From NCBI GenBank assembly GCA_040220235.1, contig JAVJTO010000051.1: 64,000 bases of DNA. The stretch is one strand, 5' to 3'. Source of the DNA: Coleofasciculus sp. B1-GNL1-01 (GTDB lineage Bacteria; Cyanobacteriota; Cyanobacteriia; Cyanobacteriales; Coleofasciculaceae). Shown here piece by piece: positions 43,984-53,170 of the stretch (its first letter is position 1; every line of letters starts with the position of its first letter). The translations under genes and the position numbers were made by a program. Under the pieces are notes generated by a model, which worked only from the letters and a program-made list of their open reading frames with translations, was not told the DNA's origin and made no database searches.

Positions 43984-44550
43984 TCAGAAGGCAATGTCTT
44001 CGTACAGGTTAGTCAACTCAGCTTCAAACTCAAGGCTAGTCAGGTGAAAAGTATTGTGACTGGGGGCATAGAATTGAAATAACCACAGCCCCTCCTCGGT
44101 ACGACGGTAACAATCTACTCGTTGCTGTCTGGTACTAATCAAGACATATTCTTGCAGACTGTCGAGGGTTTGATAGTCGATGAATTTATCCCCTCGGTCA
44201 AAGGCTTCGGTAGAGTCAGAGAGGACTTCAATGATTAGTTTGGGATAACGCTTATAGGTAGTAGTTTCTGCGTCGCGGGGGTCACAAGTCACCATCAAAT
44301 CAGGATAGTAGTAACAGTTGCACTCTTCAAGTCTGGCTTTGACATCGGCAAAATAGACGCGACAGTCTGACCCCCGTAGGTGGCTACGCAGCAGGGTGTA
44401 GAGGTTTCCAGCAATCGTATTATGAGCATCGGTTGTCCCCGCCATAGCATAGGCTTCACCATTGCGATATTCGTGTTTGGTGTCGCTGGTGGCTTCGAGT
44501 TGGAGGTACTCGTCAGGAGAGAGGTAATAATTGTCTGGGGTAGCAATCAT
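43984..44550 (-). CDS. Uma2 (DUF820) family endonuclease
   Basis: KHEYRNGEAYAMAG; YYPDLMVTCD; IIEVLSDSTEAFDRGDKF; LQEYVLI. Confidence 0.92.
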   Translation of the reverse strand: MIATPDNYYLSPDEYLQLEATSDTKHEYRNGEAYAMAGTTDAHNTIAGNLYTLLRSHLRGSDCRVYFADVKARLEECNCYYYPDLMVTCDPRDAETTTYKRYPKLIIEVLSDSTEAFDRGDKFIDYQTLDSLQEYVLISTRQQRVDCYRRTEEGLWLFQFYAPSHNTFHLTSLEFEAELTNLYEDIAF

Positions 44551-44712
44551 GGATGAGGAAGGGGTGAATTGGGTAGTCCTGTTTTTAATTTAGTTCAAAA
44601 AGTGCAATGCATTCAGCAGGCTACACCTACGCGCCTCCAACAGCAAGTCAAGCCCAATCTCAATCGGGGCAAATGATAAAATTAAACCAGTTTCTTCGCG
44701 TTAAACTAGCCA

Positions 44713-44952
44713 ATGCTGACCCTAGACCAACTCATTGCCGAAGCCACTGCCCTCCCTGATGCTGACAAAGCAATCCTGATTGATAAACTGACAGCAAGCA
44801 TGGACGAACAACGCACGGCTTCAAAAACCGCAACTATTCCCCCTGGTACTCTCACCAAACTTCGAGGTATCGCTAAACGTTCTAGAAAAACCCCCAGCGA
44901 TAAAGAACTGCAAGCAGAGTACACCGATTATTTAGTTCAAAAATATCAGTAA
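44713..44952 (+). CDS. Putative antitoxin upstream of the PIN toxin
   Basis: 79 aa; C-terminal KLRGIAK..PSDKELQAEYTDYLVQKYQ; 8 bp from the PIN gene. Confidence 0.7.
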   Translation: MLTLDQLIAEATALPDADKAILIDKLTASMDEQRTASKTATIPPGTLTKLRGIAKRSRKTPSDKELQAEYTDYLVQKYQ

Positions 44953-44960
44953 CCTTTCTC

Positions 44961-45371
44961 GTGAAAATTCTCATTGATACCAATGTTGTCATCGATCTAA
45001 TTTCGGAACGAGAACCCTTTGTGGAAGAGGCAGTGAGACTTTTCCAAAAGATTGAACAAGGTAATTTAGAGGGCTATATTGCAGCTACTACCATCACCAA
45101 TATTTTCTACATCATCCGCAAAATAGAAGGTCGTGCAGTTGCCCTCGAAGCAATCAAGCAACTTTTAAGCGGTCTAAGACTCTGTTCTGTTGACCGTCAG
45201 ACTATCGAAACAGCCCTTAGCTTTGACCTCATTGACTTTGAAGATGGCATTCAACTCGCCTGCGCGACTTTATCTCAACTTGACGGCATTGTAACCCGCG
45301 ATCGCCAAGATTTTCTCAACAGTCCCCTCCCTGTTTATTCCCCCACAGAACTGTTAAACCAACTCCAGTAG
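44961..45371 (+). CDS. PIN-domain (VapC-like, PIN_3) toxin
   Basis: ILIDTNVVID; DFEDGIQ; IVTRDRQDF. Confidence 0.88.
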   Translation: MKILIDTNVVIDLISEREPFVEEAVRLFQKIEQGNLEGYIAATTITNIFYIIRKIEGRAVALEAIKQLLSGLRLCSVDRQTIETALSFDLIDFEDGIQLACATLSQLDGIVTRDRQDFLNSPLPVYSPTELLNQLQ

Positions 45372-45448
45372 AAAACCGATGAACAACGCGATGCCTACGG
45401 CAGACAATGCTCTCGTCCTAAGCTAAAACGCATTTAAATTGGGAATGG

Positions 45449-45473
45449 GTAGCGAGCAAGATGCTCGCACTAC
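45449..45473. repeat. REP-like palindrome GTAGCGAGCAAGATGCTCGCACTAC; related copies at ~11202-11226 (inverted), ~21773-21797, ~38231-38254 and ~56237-56283 (tandem)
   Basis: GTAG/CTAC-flanked hairpin repeated across intergenic regions. Confidence 0.8.
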
Positions 45474-45474
45474 T

Positions 45475-45552
45475 ATTACACTATACGAACCCAACCCCAA
45501 AAAATGGAATAACAACTTTACGCAAAGGAGACTAAATAGCCATGACGACTAA
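45475..45552 (+). pseudogene. 3' remnant of a DUF4258 toxin-like gene
   Basis: ITLYEPNPKKWNNNFTQRR; begins right after a REP-like palindrome and overlaps the YgiT-type gene start. Confidence 0.6.
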
Positions 45553-45775
45553 CTCACAAGCAGCTTATGTTGAGAAACAAGTAACCTATACCTTAAATCT
45601 GAATGGTCAAATTATTTTGATCGAAAACGTCCCTGCCCGTGTTAATGAAGAAACAGGGGAACAGTTTTTCTCCCCCTCAACCGTAGAACATTTACAACAG
45701 ACCCTTTTAGATCACCCAGAACCCGACCATTTTATCCGCGTTCCGGTGTACAACTATTCAAAAAATGTAGCATGA
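45542..45775 (+). CDS. YgiT-type (MqsA-like) small protein, cysteine-less variant
   Basis: VTYTLNLNGQIILIENVPARVNEETGEQFFSPSTVE..VPVYNY; AGGAG RBS. Confidence 0.8.
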   Translation: MTTNSQAAYVEKQVTYTLNLNGQIILIENVPARVNEETGEQFFSPSTVEHLQQTLLDHPEPDHFIRVPVYNYSKNVA

Positions 45776-45805
45776 ATCCTCTGCCCAAAAATTTCTCCCT
45801 TGCCC

Positions 45806-47881
45806 ATGACCCAACCTAACACCATTCCCGCCGTTTCCGTCACCTACACCCAAGCGGGCACTTCTACTCGCCTCAATGAGCTAGGGATGCGCCCGATGCA
45901 GGAACGGGCTTACCAAAAGCGGGGGGAACAATACCTGTTGATTAAATCCCCCCCTGCGTCTGGCAAAAGTCGCGCCCTGATGTTCATCGCCCTGGATAAA
46001 CTCGAAAACCAGGGATTACAACAAGCGATTATTGTTGTTCCTGAAAAGTCCATCGGGGCAAGTTTTCACAATGAACCCCTGAGTCAGTTTGGTTTCTGGG
46101 CAGATTGGTTCGTTGAACCCAAGTGGAACCTCTGCGACGCACCGGGTACTGATGGCGGTAAGGTCGATGCAGTGCGGAAATTCCTTGATAGTGATGCCAA
46201 AGTGCTGGTCTGTACCCATGCCACCTTTCGCTTTGCCGTAGATAAATTTGGGGTGGAAGCCCTGGATAACCGCCTGATTGCCGTCGATGAGTTTCACCAC
46301 ATTTCCGCCAACCCAGACAACAAGCTGGGCGATATTATACGTCAACTGATCAGCCGCGACCAAACCCACATTGTCGCCATGACAGGTTCCTATTTTCGCG
46401 GGGATGCCGAAGCGGTGCTACATCCTGAGGACGAGGCGAGATTTGATACTGTCACCTACACCTATTACGAACAACTCAATGGCTACCAATACCTGAAACA
46501 ACTGGATATTGGCTACTATTTCTATGCAGGAAGCTACACCGACGCCATCATGGAGGTACTCAATCCCCAAGAGAAAACCATTATCCACATCCCCAACGTC
46601 AACTCCCGCGAAAGTACCAAAGATAAAATCCGCGAAGTCGAACACATCATCGAGGAACTAGGGGAATGGCAGGGAACTGACCCGGCAACGGGGTTTCAAC
46701 TGGTACAAACCGCCGATGGTAAAGTCTTGAAGATTGCCGATCTCGTAGACGACGACCCCAGCAAGCGAGATAAAGTCACAGCTACCCTGAAAGACCCCAG
46801 ACAGAAAAATAAGCGCGATCGCGTGGATATCATTATCGCCCTGGGTATGGCAAAGGAAGGCTTCGACTGGATTTGGTGCGAACACGCCCTCACCATCGGT
46901 TATCGTTCCAGCCTCACCGAGATTGTTCAAATCATCGGTCGCGCCACCCGTGATGCCCCCGGGAAAACCCACGCCCGTTTCACCAACCTCATCGCTGAAC
47001 CCGATGCCAGCGAAACTGCCGTGACTGAGGCAGTGAACGACACCCTCAAAGCCATTGCTGCCAGCCTCTTGATGGAACAGGTACTTGCTCCCCGCTTCGA
47101 GTTCAAACCGAAAAACCCCAACAATCAACCCACCCCTGGCTTTGATTACGGAGAAAATGGCTACGATCCCCATGGGTGTAATGTGGGAGTCAATGCAGAA
47201 ACGGGACAAATCCAGCTAGAAATTAAAGGACTCGCTGAACCCAAAAGCCAGGAAGCCCAACGGGTTTGTCGGGAGGACTTAACCGAACTGGTGACAGCTT
47301 TTGTCCAAGACAAGCCTAGCCTTGAGCGGGGTTTGTTCGACGAAGAACTGGTGCCAGAAGAACTAACCCAGGTGCGGATGGGCAAAATTATCACAGAGAA
47401 GTTTCCCGATTTAGAAAAGGAAGATCAAGAAGCAGTTCGTCAACACGCGATCGCGGCGCTTAACCTCGTCCAACAAGCCAAGCAAACCGTAAATGAAAAG
47501 GGTGGGACGTATAATGTGAATTCCAATGATGGCGAAGGGACAAAAAACACCGCCCTTATCGACGGGGTAAGGCAGTTCGCCCTCTCAGTTACAGAACTGG
47601 ATATGGATTTGATCGACCGCATCAATCCCTTTGGGGAAGCCTACGCTATCCTAGCTAAGTCCATGAGCGAAGAACGGCTCAAGCAAGTCGCGGCAGTGAT
47701 TGCTGCCAAGCGAATCAGTCTCTCGGTTGATGAAGCCAGAGAACTCGCCAAACGAGCAAAGCGATTCAAGCAGGAACGGGGACGATTACCCTCCCTCACA
47801 GCAACAGACCCCTGGGAAAAACGCATGGCTGAGGGGGTAGCTTTCCTGCAACGTAAAGTGAAGGAGGAAAAAAATGGTTAA
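45806..47881 (+). CDS. YeeB-like SF2 (DEAD/DEAH) helicase
   Basis: SPPASGKS; VDEFHH; MTGSYFRGD; GMAKEGFDW; QIIGRATRD. Confidence 0.88.
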   Translation: MTQPNTIPAVSVTYTQAGTSTRLNELGMRPMQERAYQKRGEQYLLIKSPPASGKSRALMFIALDKLENQGLQQAIIVVPEKSIGASFHNEPLSQFGFWADWFVEPKWNLCDAPGTDGGKVDAVRKFLDSDAKVLVCTHATFRFAVDKFGVEALDNRLIAVDEFHHISANPDNKLGDIIRQLISRDQTHIVAMTGSYFRGDAEAVLHPEDEARFDTVTYTYYEQLNGYQYLKQLDIGYYFYAGSYTDAIMEVLNPQEKTIIHIPNVNSRESTKDKIREVEHIIEELGEWQGTDPATGFQLVQTADGKVLKIADLVDDDPSKRDKVTATLKDPRQKNKRDRVDIIIALGMAKEGFDWIWCEHALTIGYRSSLTEIVQIIGRATRDAPGKTHARFTNLIAEPDASETAVTEAVNDTLKAIAASLLMEQVLAPRFEFKPKNPNNQPTPGFDYGENGYDPHGCNVGVNAETGQIQLEIKGLAEPKSQEAQRVCREDLTELVTAFVQDKPSLERGLFDEELVPEELTQVRMGKIITEKFPDLEKEDQEAVRQHAIAALNLVQQAKQTVNEKGGTYNVNSNDGEGTKNTALIDGVRQFALSVTELDMDLIDRINPFGEAYAILAKSMSEERLKQVAAVIAAKRISLSVDEARELAKRAKRFKQERGRLPSLTATDPWEKRMAEGVAFLQRKVKEEKNG

Positions 47882-49094
47882 ACACACCACTGATGAGGAT
47901 ATAGACCTACTCGCGGAATTAGGAGTAGATACCGCCCCTCCACCCCAAGTCAAGCGCACCCCCAGAGAAGAACGGATCATCGCTGGATTTGAGGAAATCG
48001 AACGCTTTGTCACCGAACAAGGGCGACTTCCTCAACACGGGGAAGACCGCGATATTTTTGAGCGCATCTACGCCGTGCGCTTAGATCGTCTACGGAACTC
48101 GGAGGAATGTCGCGCCCTCCTCGAACCGTTAGACTCACGGGGTATCCTCAATGCTGACACCGATTTTAACCTCCCTCCAGAAACAGATCTGGATGATGAA
48201 GCTCTGTTAACCTCCCTGGGGGTTGAGGCAACACCAGGGAACGATATTACCCAGCTTACCCATGTGCGATCGCGTAGCGTTGCCGGAGGCAAATCGCGTC
48301 AGGAGATTAAAGCTGCCGAGGAAATTGCCCAACGCACCCCCTGTCAGGACTTTAAACAGTTCAAACCCATCTTTAAAAAAGTGCAACAGGAGTTAGAAAC
48401 TGGGGCTAGAGAAACCCTGAAATATCGGGATGATGCCACTGTCAATCAGGGGGATTTCTTTATTCTGGATGGGCAGAAGTTGATTGTTGCCGATCTCGGT
48501 GAACCGTTTATTAGCGATTATGGTAAGCCAGACCGCAGGTTACGAGTCATTTATGACAACGGGACAGAGAGTAATTTATTGCTGCGATCGCTCCAACGGG
48601 CATTGAATAAAGACAAAACCAGTCGTCGCATCACCAACCCTGATTTTAGTTCCCTGCCCCTGTTTGCCCAAACCGAAGCCGAAGACGATATCACAACGGG
48701 CTACATCTATGTGCTCAGAAGCCAATCCGACGATCCTTTCATTGTTCAGAATTATGAGTTAGTCCACAAAATTGGTGTCACGGTCGGTGATGTCAAAAAG
48801 CGAATTGCTAACGCGGAAAAAGACCCAACCTACCTACTCGCAGAGGTGGAAATCGTCGCTACCTTCAAACTGGCTAATATCAACCCACAGAAACTGGAAG
48901 CACTCCTGCACAAGTTTTTCGACAATGTTCGTTTAGATGTAGAATTGCGCGATCGCTTTGGCATTCCCGTACAGCCGAGAGAATGGTTTCTCGTGCCATT
49001 AGAAGCGATTGAAGAAGCGATTGAAAAAATCAAAGCAGGAACAATCGATCAATTTCGCTACGATCCAGAAACAGCAAGTCTCACCAGCTCGTAA
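47874..49094 (+). CDS. YeeC-like GIY-YIG (T5orf172) nuclease
   Basis: GYIYVLRS..HKIGVT..KRIANAEKDPTYL..LEALLHKFF..PREWF; overlaps the helicase stop. Confidence 0.88.
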   Translation: MVKHTTDEDIDLLAELGVDTAPPPQVKRTPREERIIAGFEEIERFVTEQGRLPQHGEDRDIFERIYAVRLDRLRNSEECRALLEPLDSRGILNADTDFNLPPETDLDDEALLTSLGVEATPGNDITQLTHVRSRSVAGGKSRQEIKAAEEIAQRTPCQDFKQFKPIFKKVQQELETGARETLKYRDDATVNQGDFFILDGQKLIVADLGEPFISDYGKPDRRLRVIYDNGTESNLLLRSLQRALNKDKTSRRITNPDFSSLPLFAQTEAEDDITTGYIYVLRSQSDDPFIVQNYELVHKIGVTVGDVKKRIANAEKDPTYLLAEVEIVATFKLANINPQKLEALLHKFFDNVRLDVELRDRFGIPVQPREWFLVPLEAIEEAIEKIKAGTIDQFRYDPETASLTSS

Positions 49095-49278
49095 GGTCAT
49101 CCGAGCATCCTTCTCCGCATCCTCTGGACGTTCCTGTATATTTACAGTATAAGCGATGGTGCAGGCTCCCCCGTGTTTCAACCGGGGGAGTGTCAACCGT
49201 GTACCCAGGGAGTGTCGAAAATAGCTCTGTGTTGAATGTCCCGAAAGGACGCTCAACTGCTCCTCCCTCAGAAGGGCG
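49088..49278 (-). pseudogene. tnsB: tnsB (Tn7-like/V-K CAST DDE transposase) fragment interrupted by a ~50-bp insertion
   Basis: RPSEGGAVERPFGTFNTELFSTLPGYT-[insert]-NIQERPEDAEKDARMTLR, recognised as the catalytic-Glu region of cyanobacterial V-K TnsB. Confidence 0.8.
49146..49196 (-). mobile_element. IS200/IS605-like end remnant inside tnsB
   Basis: TTGAC followed by hairpin CTCCCCCG-GTTGAAACA-CGGGGGAG. Confidence 0.5.
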
Positions 49279-49556
49279 TAGGCGTAGCCCGTAGCCCGCC
49301 GAAGGCATCGCCCAGCCAATCGACGTAGCTGGTCAGTTTTACAAAGTAATTTTTCAGTTTGTTAAGGCTTTGGTAACTCTTGTATCAACATCACTACAAT
49401 CGTGAGTTGGTGGAGCCAGATGAGTTATGGTAAAAAAAACAAGCAATCCTTAAGTAATTCTTAAAGGAGTCGTGTTCTTGCTCAGATCGCGACACAGCGC
49501 TGGAAAACCAGCTTTATTTCTCGGCTGCTGCCACTTTACCTAAGGAAGGAGATTGT

Positions 49557-49790
49557 ATGACTCCCACAATGCTGCGTCAGTTGTGGTCTTTAATTGAAAC
49601 GACTCAAACGAATCTGCTACTGAAACTCGATGATGCTAGTCTGGTTCAGTGGATACTCAAGCAATTCAAACAAGAGCGAGGTCTTAACTCAGAGGAAATG
49701 CATATTTTGAATGACTATCTCTATAATCGCTTGTCTCTGATCCGGGATCTGGCAGAACAACGGTACACGGCGAGTAATCCGTCATCCTAG
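49557..49790 (+). CDS. Small cyanobacterial hypothetical protein
   Basis: Strong RBS (AAGGAG); MTPTMLRQLWSLIETTQ..LIRDLAEQR. Confidence 0.7.
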   Translation: MTPTMLRQLWSLIETTQTNLLLKLDDASLVQWILKQFKQERGLNSEEMHILNDYLYNRLSLIRDLAEQRYTASNPSS

Positions 49791-50321
49791 GGTAATTTGG
49801 GGGTAATTTGGGGGTAAATACCCATCCGGAACAAAAGAAAGAGGGGGGATGGGGTGATGGAGTGAGTAACGGTGACAGGCAGCAAGAAGATTGAGGTGGG
49901 CAATAGCACGCTCTGGATAACTTGAGTATTTCCTTATTGGAGGACTCTTGCCCACCTTATTTTTAATTAAATCGGCTGATTCTTAACGTTTATTAAAAAA
50001 TATTGCGATAAATTACTAACTGTTTCGTGTCTAGCCAACACCACGTTGCGACTAATCCCTAGTACAGTAAAGGGAATTTGTTTCAACGTTTATCCATCTT
50101 GTCAGACTGAGACAATAGGTTTAAACTTTTATCAGGACAGGGAAAAAGACTTCCGGTTATTGGAGCTCAGCTGAGAGAGGTTCCTCTTACCCTGCTTAAA
50201 TATTAAGCTTTCTTAAAAGGTAGACCTGATACAGAAACCTAGGTCATTATTGACTACACTTAATGAGAATTACTTTTAACAAGTTGGAGAATTTGCTTTC
50301 CATCATTGGAGTCAAAACGAT

Positions 50322-50942
50322 ATGGAATGTCACAAATGTCAGAACACCTGCCACCGCAAGCCTAACAGAAGGAGGGGCTGGAAGTGGTGGAGCAAACCGC
50401 CGCAACCCTCACCCCTGAACACTGAACCGATTCCCCAAGTCGCGTTGGTGGGGACGCCCAATGTGGGTAAAAGTGTTCTGTTTAATGCCCTGACGGGTAC
50501 GTATGTCACCGTCTCCAACTATCCTGGTACAACGGTGGAAGTCTCCAGAGGTCAGATGACGGTTGGGGATCGCCTGTTTGCGGTGGTGGATACGCCAGGA
50601 ATGTATTCCCTACTCCCGATTACCGAAGAGGAAAAAGTGTCGCGGGATTTATTACTCCGCGAATCCGTAGACGTGGTGATTCATGTCGTCGATGCCAAAA
50701 ACTTAGGGCGGATGCTTCCCTTGACGTTTCAGCTTATTGAAGCAGGTTTGCCTGTGCTGTTAGCCGTGAACATGATCGATGAAGCCGAACAACTGGGGAT
50801 TCAGATTCACCGGGATCATCTGGAGATGGAATTAGGGATTCCGGTTGTCACTATGGCAGCGGCACTGAATGTTGGTTTACGAGACTTGAAATATAAGGTG
50901 GATGATTATGTTAAGTCAGGTTGCTTATCCGGAACCTATTGA
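50322..50942 (+). CDS. feoB: FeoB N-terminal GTPase domain encoded as a separate ORF
   Basis: GTPNVGKS; NYPGTTVE; DTPG; NMID. Confidence 0.88.
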   Translation: MECHKCQNTCHRKPNRRRGWKWWSKPPQPSPLNTEPIPQVALVGTPNVGKSVLFNALTGTYVTVSNYPGTTVEVSRGQMTVGDRLFAVVDTPGMYSLLPITEEEKVSRDLLLRESVDVVIHVVDAKNLGRMLPLTFQLIEAGLPVLLAVNMIDEAEQLGIQIHRDHLEMELGIPVVTMAAALNVGLRDLKYKVDDYVKSGCLSGTY

Positions 50943-52359
50943 GGGGGCGATCGCGAAACTGGAGTCTTTGTTATCACGATTGTCGCTATCCCAGGATTAT
51001 CCCCTATCTCGGCGTAGTATTGCCCTACTCTTATTGCAAAAAGATCCGGCATTGTGGCAACAGCTTCAGCTTCAGGGGACAGAAGCCGAAATTCAAGCCG
51101 CGATCGCCGATGCTGAGAGTCAGTTGGATGAACCGTTAATTTCTGTCATTGCTAAGGCGCGTCAGCAACGGGCGTGGGTGATCGAACAAACGGTTCTCAG
51201 CGAATCCAGTCAAGGCAAAACCCCGTTAGCGGAACGACTGCACCAACTCACGGTGAATCCGTGGACAGGATTTCCGATTTTGCTGGCGATTCTCTATTAC
51301 GGGGTTTACAAATTTGTCGGCGAATTCGGGGCGGGGACGATGGTGGATACCATTGAAACCTTCTTTGAGACATATATTAATCCCGTTGTCAACCAAACGG
51401 TAGCGGTCATTTTACCCTGGCAACCCCTACAGGATTTAATTGCCCACGATTACGGGATTATTACCTTAGGGATTCGCTATGCGGTGGCGATTGTCTTACC
51501 CGTGGTTGCTACATTCTTTTTAATGTTTTCCTTCCTGGAAGACAGTGGCTATCTGCCGCGACTATCCCTAATGCTAGATAACCTGTTCAAAGCGATCGGG
51601 TTATCGGGGCGGGCGGTAATTCCGATTGTGTTGGGATTGGGATGTGATACGATGGCAACCTTAGTCACGCGAACCCTGGAAACGACACGGGAACGACTGA
51701 TTGCCACATTTTTACTCTCCTTAGCCATTCCCTGTGCGGCACAGTGGGGGGTAATTGTGGGATTGTTAGCTCAAAAACCTGCCGCGTTGTTGATTTGGGG
51801 AGGAGTGATTGGGGCGATTTTTATGATTACGGGCTATTTAAGCGCCCGCATGCTTCCGGGAAACCCAGCTAGTTTTTACATGGAAATTCCCCCCTTGCGC
51901 TTTCCCAAACTGCAAAACATTCTGGTGAAAACCTATCTCAGAATGAAGTGGTATTTCTTGGAAATTATGCCCCTATTTATTTGGGCATCAGTGATTATTT
52001 GGTTTGGGCGTTTGACCGGGTTGTTTGGCTGGATTATTCGGGGGATTGAGCCGATTGCCTTAGGATTAGGATTGCCCAGAGAAGCTGCACCTATCTTTTT
52101 ATATGGCTTCTTCCGGCGGGATTACGGCGCAGCTGGGTTGTTTGATATGCAGCAAGAGGGGATTTTTACGGGGAATCAGTTGGTGGTGACAGCGATTGTG
52201 TTGACGCTGTTTTTACCTTGTATTGCCCAACTGCAAGTCATGTTGAAAGAGCGCGGGGCGAAAATAACCTGGGCGATTGTGGCATTTATTTTTCCCTTTG
52301 CCTTTTTTGTGGGATATCTGGTCAATAGTTTGTTAAATGTATTAGGAGTGACGATTTAA
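50908..52359 (+). CDS. feoB: FeoB membrane domain
   Basis: LEDSGYLPR; GLGCDT; AIPC; MEIPPLRFP; LFLPC. Confidence 0.88.
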   Translation: MLSQVAYPEPIEGAIAKLESLLSRLSLSQDYPLSRRSIALLLLQKDPALWQQLQLQGTEAEIQAAIADAESQLDEPLISVIAKARQQRAWVIEQTVLSESSQGKTPLAERLHQLTVNPWTGFPILLAILYYGVYKFVGEFGAGTMVDTIETFFETYINPVVNQTVAVILPWQPLQDLIAHDYGIITLGIRYAVAIVLPVVATFFLMFSFLEDSGYLPRLSLMLDNLFKAIGLSGRAVIPIVLGLGCDTMATLVTRTLETTRERLIATFLLSLAIPCAAQWGVIVGLLAQKPAALLIWGGVIGAIFMITGYLSARMLPGNPASFYMEIPPLRFPKLQNILVKTYLRMKWYFLEIMPLFIWASVIIWFGRLTGLFGWIIRGIEPIALGLGLPREAAPIFLYGFFRRDYGAAGLFDMQQEGIFTGNQLVVTAIVLTLFLPCIAQLQVMLKERGAKITWAIVAFIFPFAFFVGYLVNSLLNVLGVTI

Positions 52360-52578
52360 ATGATTGCACTAGCATCAGTCAAACGAGGAAATAGCGGCAC
52401 CGTTGCTGCGTTGAAGACAAAGGATGAGATGACGTTGCAGAAGTTAATGGCGATGGGGATTAGTCCCGGAATGCCGATTCTGTTGGAGCAACGGTTTCCT
52501 TCTTATATTATTAAGGTGGGCAGAACTCGGGCGGCGTTGGATCGGGAAATGGCAAAGATTATTTATTTGCATCGCTAA
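52360..52578 (+). CDS. feoA: FeoA
   Basis: KLMAMGISPG..IIKVGRTRAALDREMAKII. Confidence 0.88.
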   Translation: MIALASVKRGNSGTVAALKTKDEMTLQKLMAMGISPGMPILLEQRFPSYIIKVGRTRAALDREMAKIIYLHR

Positions 52579-52907
52579 GGGGTAAAGGTTATCGGGTTTA
52601 GGGTGATTTTGGCTAGGGTTAGATTGACGACAAGTGGAGGGTTAGGCAATGCTGTGTCTTTACCCTAGACAAACCCCTCCCTAACCCTCCCCTGCAAGGG
52701 GAGGGAACTGGAATTGATTGAGAACGGGCAATTAAAGAGATTTCTGTGGGATTGGATTTAGGATCTATATTGATGATGAGAGGGTGTGGCAGTGCCATGC
52801 CCCTACCGTAATTCAAAAGATGGTTGATGGGGTAGGGGTACGATACTATCGTGCCCTTATGATTGTGATGTCAACCGCCCAGTTGACGGCAAGAGATTGG
52901 TTGAAAA

Positions 52908-53170
52908 TGCAAGCATCTGTGTCTGTTCAGGTTTGGAAGGCTGGGGAATGGGGTGCAAATCCATACAGGGCTTGGGTTTGCGGCTAGTTCAAGGAGGAGG
53001 GAGATGCTTGCAAAATGCTGGAATTCCTTGTATAGTAAGGGCTGTAGCGTTTTGGATTTTGGGAATTTTGCCCCGATTTGACCCGATTTTGGCGTGAGGA
53101 GAGTTGGATTTTGGAGATGCTTGCAAAATCGATTGGCAGCCATTATGATTTAAGGGGTCTAGCGATCGCG
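52908..53170 (+). promoter_or_regulatory. CRISPR leader 1 with sigma70-like promoter (TTGCAA 53121-26 / 17 bp / TATGAT 53144-49)
   Basis: 263-bp sequence closely similar to leader 63399-63661. Confidence 0.85.

Noticed and set aside
46016..48292. Many antisense ORFs over yeeB/yeeC (similarly over purL and the G8 gene)
   Set aside because: Shadow ORFs of long genes, with no motifs or RBS.
49312..50320. Search for the transposon right end and ATTTT target duplication
   Set aside because: No convincing TnsB-site array ending in ACA was found by eye.
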